Shown here piece by piece: positions 21,474 to 29,850 of a DNA stretch of 43,831 nucleotides; the first letter of the stretch is position 1, and each line of letters begins with the position of its first letter. Source of the DNA: a virus (taxonomy: Duplodnaviria; Heunggongvirae; Uroviricota; Caudoviricetes); the IMG/VR virus record IMGVR_UViG_2711768019_000013. One strand, 5' to 3'. Under the pieces are notes generated by a model. The model was not told where the DNA came from. It did not search any database and saw nothing but the letters and a program-made list of their open reading frames with translations. The position numbers and the translations under genes were made by a program.

Positions 21474-21490
21474 ACAGCCTTGCTTTATGA

Positions 21491-21525
21491 ATAAAACGCA
21501 CCCCAGCAGCCAGTGCTACTGGGGG
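21491..21525 (-). terminator. Rho-independent terminator downstream of trkG
   Basis: Plus-strand ccccagcag-ccagtg-ctactgggg hairpin (one mismatch) preceded by ataaaacgca, i.e. stem then U-rich tract on the minus strand. Confidence 0.5.
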
Positions 21526-21610
21526 CGGAGGTGTTGCTGGTAAAGTTAGGTATTGGATCAATGAGTGAGTCAACATAATATTAAACTCACAATTATAAAT
21601 CAGCCATATA

Positions 21611-23068
21611 TTAGGAGCGCCAAAAAAAACCTGAAAACAATATAATAACAGGATAAATTTCAAGGCGACCAAGAATCATAGCTATGCACATTAAATATTT
21701 TGCAATGTCATTAAGCACTCCGAATGACGATGCAGTAGCCCCAAAACCTAATCCCATATTATTAATACATGCAGCCACTGTTGCAAATGATGTAAGAAAA
21801 TCATATCCCATACCATTTAACACCAGTATAAAAAACACCGTGAAGAGAGTATAAAGAAAAAAGAAACTCCATACAGACCTCATTACACGATCTGTAACTA
21901 TCTTCCCTCCTACATTTACACTCAACAACGCTCTGGGATGAGAAAGCTGATTTATCTCGTGTTTGCTTTGTTTGAAAAGTATAAGAAATCGAAGTGACTT
22001 AATTCCACCACAGGTTGAACCTATACATCCCCCAAAGAAACTTGACAACAGCAAAAACACTATCGTGTGCGTGGGCCAGTTTGCATAATCCTGCGTAGCT
22101 AAACCATTATCAGTGAGCATGGAGCTGGCAAGAAAAAACGAATGAATAAAACTTCCATGCAAGTCATACATACCTATATGCCAGACCTGGAAAGAGGTAA
22201 CAATGATCACCCCTAAGGCTATTAACAGAAAGAAACGAAGTTCAATATCTCTGATTAAAGGTTTTATCGTTTTTCTGCTAATAACAATATACCAAAGAGT
22301 GAAGTTGAAAGCCGATAGCAGGGAAAAAGAACCAGCCACCAGCTCAACCAAATAGTTATTAAAATATCCGATACTCTCGCTATGAGTTGAGAAACCACCA
22401 AGCGAAACTGTGGAAATCCCGTGACAAATAGCATCAAACAAAGGCATTCCTGCAAGTCTATAACAGACAATACAAGCAATACCTAATAAAGAATAAGTTA
22501 TCCACAGTGTCCGTGACGTATCGGCCAGGCGGGGAGTGAGTTTGTCATCCTTAAATGGCCCCGGCATTTCTGACTGATAAAGCTTTGCACCACCAATACC
22601 CAATAATGGCAATACTGCAACCGCCAGAACAATAACTCCTAAACCACCTATAAAATTTAACTGTGACCGATAGTACAAATATGCCCGAGGTAATGAACTA
22701 ACATCATCAATTACAGTTGCTCCTGTTGTTGTTATTCCAGAAACCCCTTCAAACAGAGCATCAATGAACGTTAAATTAAGTTCTGAGTCAATCCATAAAG
22801 GGAATGCACTAATAACAGAAAACAAAATCCAAAACATTACAATTATAATAAACCCATCACGGGTACGTAATTGAATGCCAGATTTCTTAGTTGTATACCA
22901 CGCTCCGCCACCAATGCAAAAAAATATAACGAAAGTTATAAAGAAAACGAACAGGCTTTTTTCTTTATAAAACAATGCTACAACCATTGGTGGCAACATT
23001 GAAAGACTATAGAGCCAAACCAGGAACCCACACATATGAGTAACAACTCTTACATGAGATGTATTCAT
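21611..23068 (-). CDS. trkG: Potassium uptake protein TrkG (TrkH family), start at MNTSHVRV
   Basis: Multi-pass membrane protein with repeated pore-loop-like GGxG segments; I recognise it as the Rac-encoded trkG; markedly AT-rich compared with flanking phage genes. Confidence 0.85.
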   Translation of the reverse strand: MNTSHVRVVTHMCGFLVWLYSLSMLPPMVVALFYKEKSLFVFFITFVIFFCIGGGAWYTTKKSGIQLRTRDGFIIIVMFWILFSVISAFPLWIDSELNLTFIDALFEGVSGITTTGATVIDDVSSLPRAYLYYRSQLNFIGGLGVIVLAVAVLPLLGIGGAKLYQSEMPGPFKDDKLTPRLADTSRTLWITYSLLGIACIVCYRLAGMPLFDAICHGISTVSLGGFSTHSESIGYFNNYLVELVAGSFSLLSAFNFTLWYIVISRKTIKPLIRDIELRFFLLIALGVIIVTSFQVWHIGMYDLHGSFIHSFFLASSMLTDNGLATQDYANWPTHTIVFLLLSSFFGGCIGSTCGGIKSLRFLILFKQSKHEINQLSHPRALLSVNVGGKIVTDRVMRSVWSFFFLYTLFTVFFILVLNGMGYDFLTSFATVAACINNMGLGFGATASSFGVLNDIAKYLMCIAMILGRLEIYPVIILFSGFFWRS

Positions 23069-23205
23069 ATCTAAATATTCTTTCAATTATAACCACCTTG
23101 CTGCAATATTATGATTATACTGTATAAAATTTAACTCCTCTTAGATCTTACTTCACTGTTCCTTATGAAACAATCATCAAAATGAATCATATTGTAGTTA
23201 AGATT

Positions 23206-23670
23206 TTACTTTAAACACTGCTCGGTTATGTATTGCTGAGCACCTTCAAGTTGGGCCTGCATCATTACCAGTCGTTCCCGGAGGGTGAAATAATCCCGTT
23301 CAGCGGTGTCTGCCAGTCGGGGGGAGGCTGCATTATCCACGCCGGAGGCGGTGGTGGCTTCACGCACTGACTGACAGACTGCTTTGATGTGCAACCGACG
23401 ACGACCAGCGGCAACATCATCACGCAGAGCATCATTTTCAGCTTTCGCATCAGCTAACTCCTTCGTGTATTTTGCATCGAGCGCAGCAACATCACGCTGA
23501 CGCATCTGCATGTCAGTAATTGCCGCGTTCGCCAGCTTCAGTTCTCTGGCATTTTTGTCGCGCTGGGCTTTGTAGGTAATGGCGTTATCACGGTAATGAT
23601 TAACAGCCCATGACAGGCAGACGATGATGCAGATAACCAGAGCGGAGATAATCGCGGTTACTCTGTTCAT
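23206..23670 (-). CDS. Rz: i-spanin Rz
   Basis: [23 protein letters not shown]... N-terminal transmembrane segment then coiled coil; ATG overlaps the endolysin stop (ATGA). Confidence 0.8.
   Translation of the reverse strand: MNRVTAIISALVICIIVCLSWAVNHYRDNAITYKAQRDKNARELKLANAAITDMQMRQRDVAALDAKYTKELADAKAENDALRDDVAAGRRRLHIKAVCQSVREATTASGVDNAASPRLADTAERDYFTLRERLVMMQAQLEGAQQYITEQCLK
23265..23450 (-). CDS. Rz1: o-spanin Rz1 (lipoprotein) embedded in Rz
   Basis: [23 protein letters not shown]... lipobox VVGC, proline-rich ([18 protein letters not shown]); encoded in the +1 frame inside Rz. Confidence 0.8.
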   Translation of the reverse strand: MRKLKMMLCVMMLPLVVVGCTSKQSVSQCVKPPPPPAWIMQPPPDWQTPLNGIISPSGNDW

Positions 23671-24164
23671 TGCTGACCCCACAAACAGATTTCACGCTCA
23701 ATCTCACGACGAGTCATGAGACCTTTCCATTGCTTACCGCCAGCATATGTCCAGCGACGTAGCTGATCACATGCGCCTTTGATATCGCCCTGGTTTATTT
23801 TGCGAAGAAGCGTCGATGTTCTGAAATTGCCAGCGCCCACGTTGTAAACGAACGAGTAAAGAGCGCCGCGCGTTGTTTCCGGTATATCGACTTTGATGTA
23901 CGGGTTAATTTGTCTGGCGACAGTGGCAAGGTCTTTATTCAAGAGTGTTTTGCATTCTGCTTTGGTATACGTTTTACCGAGCATGATGTCTTTTCCTGTA
24001 TGCCCGTGACATACAGTCCATACACCAACAATATCTTTGTATGGTATGTAGCTGACACCTTCCAGACCATCGTTACCACTTGGGCCAGTGATTAACACTG
24101 ATGCTATAGCAATTGCTCCGCCACCAATAGCAGCAGCAACGACTTTTCGTAATGATGGAGGCAT
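23667..24164 (-). CDS. SAR endolysin (phage 21 R-like lysozyme)
   Basis: N-terminal signal-anchor-release segment [18 protein letters not shown] then a lysozyme domain (…[13 protein letters not shown]…); near-identical to my memory of R21. Confidence 0.85.
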   Translation of the reverse strand: MPPSLRKVVAAAIGGGAIAIASVLITGPSGNDGLEGVSYIPYKDIVGVWTVCHGHTGKDIMLGKTYTKAECKTLLNKDLATVARQINPYIKVDIPETTRGALYSFVYNVGAGNFRTSTLLRKINQGDIKGACDQLRRWTYAGGKQWKGLMTRREIEREICLWGQQ

Positions 24165-24379
24165 TATTCACCTCTCGCAGCCTTGCGCTTATCTTCTTTA
24201 ATCTTGAAATAAAGGTTTGTCAGGTACGTCAGCAGGCCAAATACCAGACTACCCAGCACACCGATTGCAGCCCACTGTGACGGAGTTACTCTATCGAGCA
24301 ACTGTAAAAACCAGTAGCCAGCACTGCCTGCGGAGGTGCCGTAGGCAATGCCTGTTGAAATTTTGTCCATGGATTTCAT
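24164..24379 (-). CDS. Class II pinholin (S21-like) with dual-start motif MKSMDK
   Basis: [71 protein letters not shown]; two transmembrane segments; starts at M1 (24379) and M4 (24370); stop overlaps the endolysin ATG. Confidence 0.85.
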   Translation of the reverse strand: MKSMDKISTGIAYGTSAGSAGYWFLQLLDRVTPSQWAAIGVLGSLVFGLLTYLTNLYFKIKEDKRKAARGE

Positions 24380-24630
24380 AGCCTCACCTCCGCACGGAAC
24401 GGATGGCATAGTTATTATGTGTAGGCTTTCAGACACATCAATCAGAGCCTTAATTGATATATATGCTGGAGACGATGCAATATAAAAAGCTCGCCGTAGC
24501 GAGCTAATAAAATGTATTTCTCTGATATTATGTTTATTTGTATTAGCTCAGACTTGACATCACAGGTTTCGTATATAGAACATCATCAAATCTGTCAGTT
24601 TGCTATGAATGAGATATAGTAATTGAAGAG

Positions 24631-25026
24631 CTAACCTCGCATGTCAAAGCCAGATTTCTGAAAATCTCTGTAGACTTCCGGATTGTTGAAGGCCGGAAAT
24701 TTGGCTTTATGAGCTGCGGACTTTATCGCTTCGCAATAGGCTTTATCACCGTTACTGGTAGATATTTTTAACGCCGTGCCATCCTGAGAGAATTCCATAT
24801 GCAACCTGCATTTTTTCCCTTTCCAGTTATGCGGCTCATCAAGTTTGGCATTAATTGCAGCTCTGATTCCCCGCGCTTGCGCCCCCCATTCATCCTGATC
24901 ATCCCAGCGTCCTGAACTGCAACTACCTGTAGCAGTAGTTTTGTGGCAATCTGAAGGGTGTAAAGGTGTGCATCCCGCAACAAAACCGACCCAAAAAGTC
25001 AACATAACGATTTTCTTTAATCCCAC
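24631..25026 (-). CDS. Lipoprotein with divergent TolA domain III-like C-terminus (GTG start)
   Basis: Signal peptide MGLKKIVMLTFWVGFVAGC (lipobox VAGC); C-terminal WKGKKCRLHMEFSQDGTALKISTSNGDKAYCEAIKSAAHKAKFPAFNNPEVYRDFQKSGFDMRG parallels the neighbouring paralogue; GAGGAG 6 nt before the GTG. Confidence 0.6.
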   Translation of the reverse strand: MGLKKIVMLTFWVGFVAGCTPLHPSDCHKTTATGSCSSGRWDDQDEWGAQARGIRAAINAKLDEPHNWKGKKCRLHMEFSQDGTALKISTSNGDKAYCEAIKSAAHKAKFPAFNNPEVYRDFQKSGFDMRG

Positions 25027-25176
25027 TTCTTGCTCCTCAATCCATTAAAATCTCAGCAATAGTAGTTGTTACGTCCGCCACTGGCTCAGAGCTGACTATC
25101 CGCTAAATTTAGCTCAGTGCCGTAGCTGTGTCAGAACAAACCTAAGCCGAAACCGTTTATTACAAAACAATAAATA

Positions 25177-25605
25177 TCAGGGTTTAAAATCCAGCACCCC
25201 ATTTTGAAATACTTTATATACTTCCGGCGAAGGGGGGGCAGGTATATCAGCATTCTTTATCGCATTCATCGCTTCACGACATAAATCGAGGTCTCCACTT
25301 TCTCTTTTAACCTCCAGTAGAAGGCCATTCGGGGCCATATGCATTCTCAGTGTACACTCTTTTCCTGAATACTTACTCGCATCCCCGAACTGTTTTTCGA
25401 TGGCGCTCTTGATTTGATGGGCATACAGACGGATATCCTCACTAACATCAGAAGTACGTTCAGATGAACTCACATACTGTGTCTCTATTGCTTTATCGGA
25501 GTAATATGATGTACGGTCATGATAATTTGTCGATACAGCATCAGTGCACCCGATAATAATCCCACTAATAATCAACGTAAGAATTGATGCGCTACGAAAA
25601 CCCAT
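25177..25605 (-). CDS. Lipoprotein with TolA domain III-like C-terminus
   Basis: Signal peptide with lipobox IIGC; YAHQIKSAIEKQFGDASKYSGKECTLRMHMAPNGLLLEVKRESGDLDLCREAMNAIKNADIPAPPSPEVYKVFQNGVLDFKP closely matches the E. coli TolA C-terminus as I remember it (…AGQIKSAIESKFYDASSYAGKTCTLRIKLAPDGMLLDIKPEGGDPALCQAALAAAKLAKIPKPPSQAVYEVFKNAPLDFKP). Confidence 0.7.
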   Translation of the reverse strand: MGFRSASILTLIISGIIIGCTDAVSTNYHDRTSYYSDKAIETQYVSSSERTSDVSEDIRLYAHQIKSAIEKQFGDASKYSGKECTLRMHMAPNGLLLEVKRESGDLDLCREAMNAIKNADIPAPPSPEVYKVFQNGVLDFKP

Positions 25606-26194
25606 TTTTCCTCACATATGTCATATAGTAAAGGATTATATATACCGTTGTTTTGGACGCTCAAACAGCGAATCAGATCAAATAAAACGCACATTTGTTA
25701 ACATTTACACAAAGTCTGCGTGGGATATTCTGAAAGAATATCCATAATGTGGAGAGAATCTATTGAAGTGCATGGTGCCGGGTGCCTCCCGGTGAACAAA
25801 ATGTTCGTGATACCTGTCGGCGACAGAAAAGGTTAATGGTATCACCCCACCGCACAGGGGGATTCACCATGCAGGAGTTTTCTTAGCAAACTCACTGCGC
25901 GCCCGGCAACTCCCAACCACATAAAATGCGGAGTTTGTGGCATTTATGCATATAACTCGCAGGAATTATCTTAAAAAACTGATGTCGATCCGGATTAAAA
26001 AGAAGCAGGTCATCATCAGATGACTGGAAAAAAGGAAAACAAAAAATACTCATCATACAGTTTTGATTGCAGGGATGAGCCTGCTATGCACAATATGCAG
26101 AATATAAGCAAGATAAAAATATGCAGGCATATTATTTCGGATCTTGTTATTAACACAACCTTTTTAATAATCATTTGGCATACAATAAACCAGC

Positions 26195-26222
26195 CCAAAA
26201 AGAACCGCCTAAACAGGCGGTT
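26195..26222 (-). terminator. Rho-independent terminator on the minus strand between Q and the lipoprotein genes
   Basis: Plus-strand cccaaaaag then aaccgcc-taaaca-ggcggtt; on the minus strand the stem is followed by CTTTTTGGG. Confidence 0.6.
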
Positions 26223-26476
26223 GGTCAATACAAAGGATGCTTCGTCTTTATTATAGTAATCTGAGGCGTCGGGTGTCTTGTATCAGACAACATATTGTCC
26301 CGCTAAACAGCGAATTACAAACCACCCTGCAATGATCTCTCATCTCATTTTATATGAGTTGACGACATCAGGATAACGCATCATCAGCCCCTGCCAAGAA
26401 ATATCAAAACTCCCGCCAGCAATGTGTTATCACAATATTGTAAAAAAAACACAGCACCGAAACTATAACTGGTCTC

Positions 26477-26485
26477 TGTTATAAT
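26477..26485 (+). promoter_or_regulatory. Extended -10 promoter element TGTTATAAT on the plus strand
   Basis: Exact TGnTATAAT at 26477-26485; about 60 nt upstream of the terminator at 26543-26569 on the same strand. Confidence 0.35.
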
Positions 26486-26542
26486 TTGGAGCAGAAAGAC
26501 CAGTTGCCCAACTAGCAGCATTCTCCCCTGCTTTCCTGACGT

Positions 26543-26569
26543 AAAAAAACCGCATTAAGCGGTTTTTTT
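26543..26569. terminator. Bidirectional Rho-independent terminator about 80 nt downstream of the Q stop
   Basis: AAAAAAA-CCGC-ATTAA-GCGG-TTTTTTT; A-run and T-run flank the stem, so it reads as a terminator on both strands. Confidence 0.7.
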
Positions 26570-26649
26570 ACGATGTCCATGTCTGCAATCCGCCTCGCGA
26601 TACAGCTTTGCGAAGCATAGCAAAATTGAAGCAGTTTATACGTAAGAAA

Positions 26650-27192
26650 TCAAGCCATTTTCTCAGCAAATGATTCACGCATGGGAATATATAGGGCATA
26701 CTCAGCAACAGCTAACCAATTAGCAATCCGTTTTTCGCATGTGCTAAAACACCACTCTGGGTGTGCATCATTTAGCAATTCAGCCATTTTGCGCTTAGTC
26801 ATCCCCCGCCCTTCATAGCGTTGCCGGAGAATGCAAATCAATCCTGGATGCTCTGCCAGCACCTCACTTATGACTCGATCAATACATAACGCCTCTGCAT
26901 CAGTACAATGCGCCAGCCAGCTCTTTTGCTTGCCGTTGATCATCTCTCGCAAAAACGCTTCCAGCTCAGCTTTCTCTATTCCCGCTTTTTTCATTCTGCG
27001 CAGGGCTTCATTAATGGCTGTTTTCGTCAGTTTTTTGGATGCCAACAACTGATTGAACATATTCCCTGACCTGCCACCGCCAATATACGACCAGCGCCCC
27101 CACATACGTAGTTTTCCCTGAATCCAGACACTTTCCAGCGTGGTGAGGCGAAGGTGTTCTCCGCTTTTTCCTGTATTCGTTGGGTAAATCAT
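26650..27192 (-). CDS. Late-gene antitermination protein Q-like
   Basis: 180 aa immediately upstream of terminators and the lysis cassette; RMWGRW motif resembles the phage Q-family ERWGAW motif as I recall it; ATGA overlap with the upstream gene. Confidence 0.55.
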   Translation of the reverse strand: MIYPTNTGKSGEHLRLTTLESVWIQGKLRMWGRWSYIGGGRSGNMFNQLLASKKLTKTAINEALRRMKKAGIEKAELEAFLREMINGKQKSWLAHCTDAEALCIDRVISEVLAEHPGLICILRQRYEGRGMTKRKMAELLNDAHPEWCFSTCEKRIANWLAVAEYALYIPMRESFAEKMA

Positions 27193-27479
27193 AAATGACC
27201 TTTCTTTCTCCAGATTTCTTGTGTGCGAAAAACCCCTTCAGCATGCATCAGGCGCAATTCTTCTTTGGTGTAATCGCTGGTTTTTACCCGCCCGTCGATT
27301 AGATCGTGGCATGAGCTACAGGCTATCGCCGCCTGCATATCATGTGGTTTTGTCGCTGTTCCGCACGTCCCCGCCAGCCTGTAATGCGCCAGCACAGAGG
27401 TTTCGGGATTGTGATTGCAGTAGCCAGGGATTCTGATCTGGCACATCTGGCCTTTAGCCGCTTTACGTAAATTCACCAT
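27189..27479 (-). CDS. YbcO-like (DUF1364) Cys-rich nin-region protein, putative nuclease
   Basis: 96 aa with CQIRIPGYC...CSSCHDLIDGR; position in the nin region upstream of Q. Confidence 0.5.
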   Translation of the reverse strand: MVNLRKAAKGQMCQIRIPGYCNHNPETSVLAHYRLAGTCGTATKPHDMQAAIACSSCHDLIDGRVKTSDYTKEELRLMHAEGVFRTQEIWRKKGHL

Positions 27480-28078
27480 TACGCAAACTCCAGTAGTTGT
27501 GCGGCCACATTTTCAACTTCCTCCTGAGAGGAGAATTTACGGAACAGAATCCAGTTCCACAGCACATTCAGTACAGATTTATAAACCTGCTGAAACTCGA
27601 CTTCGTCCATATTCGCAAAAGCGATGGATTTTGCCCGACGCCCACGGCTACCGTCCGGATAAATATGCTCGGTGTAAAATCCGGCCTGAATGGTTACCCA
27701 CTCGCGGAAAGCCTCAAACGACTTTAGCAACGCCGTATCCCGGGTTCTACGAGTCGCAACGGTGTTAAGGTATTGCTCTGCGGCATCACTCAGGGCTGGC
27801 GTGTGTTCCCGACCAACTGATTCGCACAGGTAATCAACGAAACCAGACAGCAGTTCTCGTTCGCGAGGCGTGATCGCCCCACCGACCGGAGTCCAGTAAT
27901 CGAATCCCAGTTGCAGGAGTTTGAAAAAACGCTTGTGGAATGCGTAGTTACGCACACGCTTAAAGTCTGCGTGTATCCACTCACCTATTTTGATTTGATG
28001 CAGAAAATCGCAACTCTCCGGCGTCGCCGGGAGAAGTAAACCAGAAGAGGTTTGTTTGACCAGTTGTATATGCGCCAT
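27479..28078 (-). CDS. YbcN-like (DUF1367) nin-region protein
   Basis: 199 aa, MAHIQLVKQTSSGLLLPATPESCDFLHQIKIGEWIHADFKRVRNYAFHKRFFKLL...; synteny with the DLP12-type ybcN-ybcO-Q arrangement. Confidence 0.5.
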   Translation of the reverse strand: MAHIQLVKQTSSGLLLPATPESCDFLHQIKIGEWIHADFKRVRNYAFHKRFFKLLQLGFDYWTPVGGAITPRERELLSGFVDYLCESVGREHTPALSDAAEQYLNTVATRRTRDTALLKSFEAFREWVTIQAGFYTEHIYPDGSRGRRAKSIAFANMDEVEFQQVYKSVLNVLWNWILFRKFSSQEEVENVAAQLLEFA

Positions 28079-28358
28079 TTCTCAATCTCTCGATGGCGCA
28101 GCGCAGCAGATGCCAGTTGTTCAGGCTGACGAATAAAGTATAAATAAACTGGCTATGGTGTAAAGCCCCACATAGCATGAACAAACACTACATATCAAAT
28201 AGCTGGTACAAGGATAGAAATACGACACTTATTATTAAAAACGATTAGATAAATTACATTTTAATGTTATGCAAAAGTTCTTTTTTATCATAACATTTCA
28301 ATAAAAGCATTACAGATGCAATCATCCCGTCATCATCAATTATTTAAGGTGGTTAAAC

Positions 28359-28445
28359 ATGGAAAATAACAAGTTCGCACATCTCGCTCCTTTTTTATCC
28401 GTAATCCTTTTCGCTTGTTGTTTTATATGGGCATTATTTTTATAA
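28359..28445 (+). CDS. Small hydrophobic peptide (28 aa), candidate membrane peptide
   Basis: AAGGTGG Shine-Dalgarno 7 nt before ATG 28359; my translation MENNKFAHLAPFLSVILFACCFIWALFL then TAA 28443-28445; single predicted transmembrane helix; AT-rich island. Confidence 0.3.
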   Translation: MENNKFAHLAPFLSVILFACCFIWALFL

Positions 28446-28853
28446 AGTAGCCACATGATAAGTTGCTGGAATCATATTTCCCACTCAAGTCATTAACATT
28501 TGATAAGATATATCTAAAAGGACGCCTTTACATTATTTATGCGTATATAATTTATTTATATACACAGTAAAGGTATCCTGGGAAAATATTTATCGTTAAA
28601 AAATACATCATAAATAATTAAGCTGAAATTTCAGAACACAACTAATACACACAATAAGGTTCAGTAACAGTAATCTATGTGGACTACATCGAGATTTTTT
28701 GATTAAACTTTAATAACTTATTCCTAACACACAGAATGCATAAACTAAAAGTAAAACAAATAGTTATACGAAAAACAACCATATTTATTCTATCTTCTCC
28801 TCTAATCAACATATCAATTATGTGTTTCATAACAGCTTGACATAACCCTCCAA

Positions 28854-28876
28854 AAGATGCATTTTTAATGCATGTT
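28854..28876 (+). promoter_or_regulatory. NsrR-like operator (11-1-11 inverted repeat) upstream of the YeaR-like gene
   Basis: AAGATGCATTT-T-TAATGCATGTT; the left half is identical to the NsrR half-site as I remember the consensus (AAGATGCATTT), the right half matches in 9 of 11 positions; TTGACA at 28837-28842. Confidence 0.5.
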
Positions 28877-28891
28877 TTGGAGGAGGTGGTT

Positions 28892-29230
28892 ATGACACAC
28901 AAGAGAATTCCTAAAGATTGGGTAATCAAACGCTCAACTCCGTTCTTCACAAAAGAGAACGTACCTTCAGCGTTATTAACACATCATAATACAGCAGCAG
29001 GTGTTTTTGGGCAGTTGTGCGTAATGGAAGGCACTGTAACATATTATGGTTTTACTGATGAGAATGCTACTGAACCGGAGATAAAAGTAGTCATTAATGC
29101 TGGCGCTTTTGCAACAAGCCCACCACAATACTGGCACCGTGTTGAACTAAGCGATGATGCTCAGTTTAATATTAACTTTTGGGTCGCTCCAGACTTTTCG
29201 GGCGAAAAAGTCTATAGCACCAAAAAATAG
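28892..29230 (+). CDS. YeaR-like DUF1971 protein (112 aa)
   Basis: GGAGGAGGTGG Shine-Dalgarno before ATG 28892; KRSTPFFTKENVP...CVMEGTVTYYGFTDENATEPE...FNINFWVAPD follows the YeaR pattern as I remember it. Confidence 0.6.
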   Translation: MTHKRIPKDWVIKRSTPFFTKENVPSALLTHHNTAAGVFGQLCVMEGTVTYYGFTDENATEPEIKVVINAGAFATSPPQYWHRVELSDDAQFNINFWVAPDFSGEKVYSTKK

Positions 29231-29257
29231 ATGATCATATTAAAAATGCTTTAACAG

Positions 29258-29296
29258 TCAGACCCGGCAGGGCTATCCCCGACGGGTCTCATTTTT
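29258..29296 (+). terminator. Rho-independent terminator after the YeaR-like gene
   Basis: GC-rich imperfect hairpin gacccggcaggg...ccccgacgggtc followed by TCATTTTTG. Confidence 0.55.
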
Positions 29297-29850
29297 GTAA
29301 ATATATTGGTTCTACATTGACAGGAGACTTCAACCATAAGAAGTAATCTGAATACTTGAGCAATAAATTTACTTAAGATTAATGAGCGCACCTTGCCGGA
29401 CAAAGATAAACCAAGGTAACACCTTTTTTCTAGCCAGTATGTAATCAATCAGAAAGCCGCTCCATAAGAACAACAGCAAGACAATAAATTGCCATTACAG
29501 CCGCAATAGCCAGCGCACATTTGAGAACCAGCACGACAACCCCCTGTATTAGACGCACACCAGTCCTGATAAATATGAGGCTGTCTCGTCAGTGATTCAA
29601 TACAACTATTGGGTATAGTTTCTGTGATTTTATTCTGTAGAAATGGAACACAACAACCAGTCACCACCAGCACTTCCTTAAATGCTCTAAGTCAGAAACA
29701 AGCCAACATTTTAGTCCGCTTTGAGCGATCTGCAGACATTGCTAGCAGCCTTCTGTGTGAATTCTCAGGGAGCAGGTCGGCATAGCATCACGTTGAGGCT
29801 CTTACCCTACTTGTTCACACCAACCCTAACTCCACAGACTGATTCATAAA

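Noticed and set aside
26016-26256. Overlapping antisense ORF pair (26016-26228 minus, 26020-26256 plus) between Q and the lipoprotein genes
   Set aside because: AT-rich region where open frames arise by chance; the two ORFs are mutually antisense, and the minus one starts inside the terminator hairpin. More likely the late promoter/leader region.
26573-26650. Late promoter placed immediately downstream of the Q stop
   Set aside because: No convincing -35/-10 pair in this 78-nt segment, and a transcript ending at 26543-26569 would be unusually short; the true late promoter probably lies between 26230 and 26540, but I could not pin it down.
29251-29673. Cys-rich 74-aa minus-strand ORF (29449-29673) and 65-aa ORF (29251-29448) downstream of ORF B
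   Set aside because: The first starts at GTG with AAGGA immediately adjacent (no spacing) and has no family I recognise; the second overlaps the YeaR-like terminator hairpin. I cannot exclude a small Cys-rich peptide, but the evidence is too weak to call.
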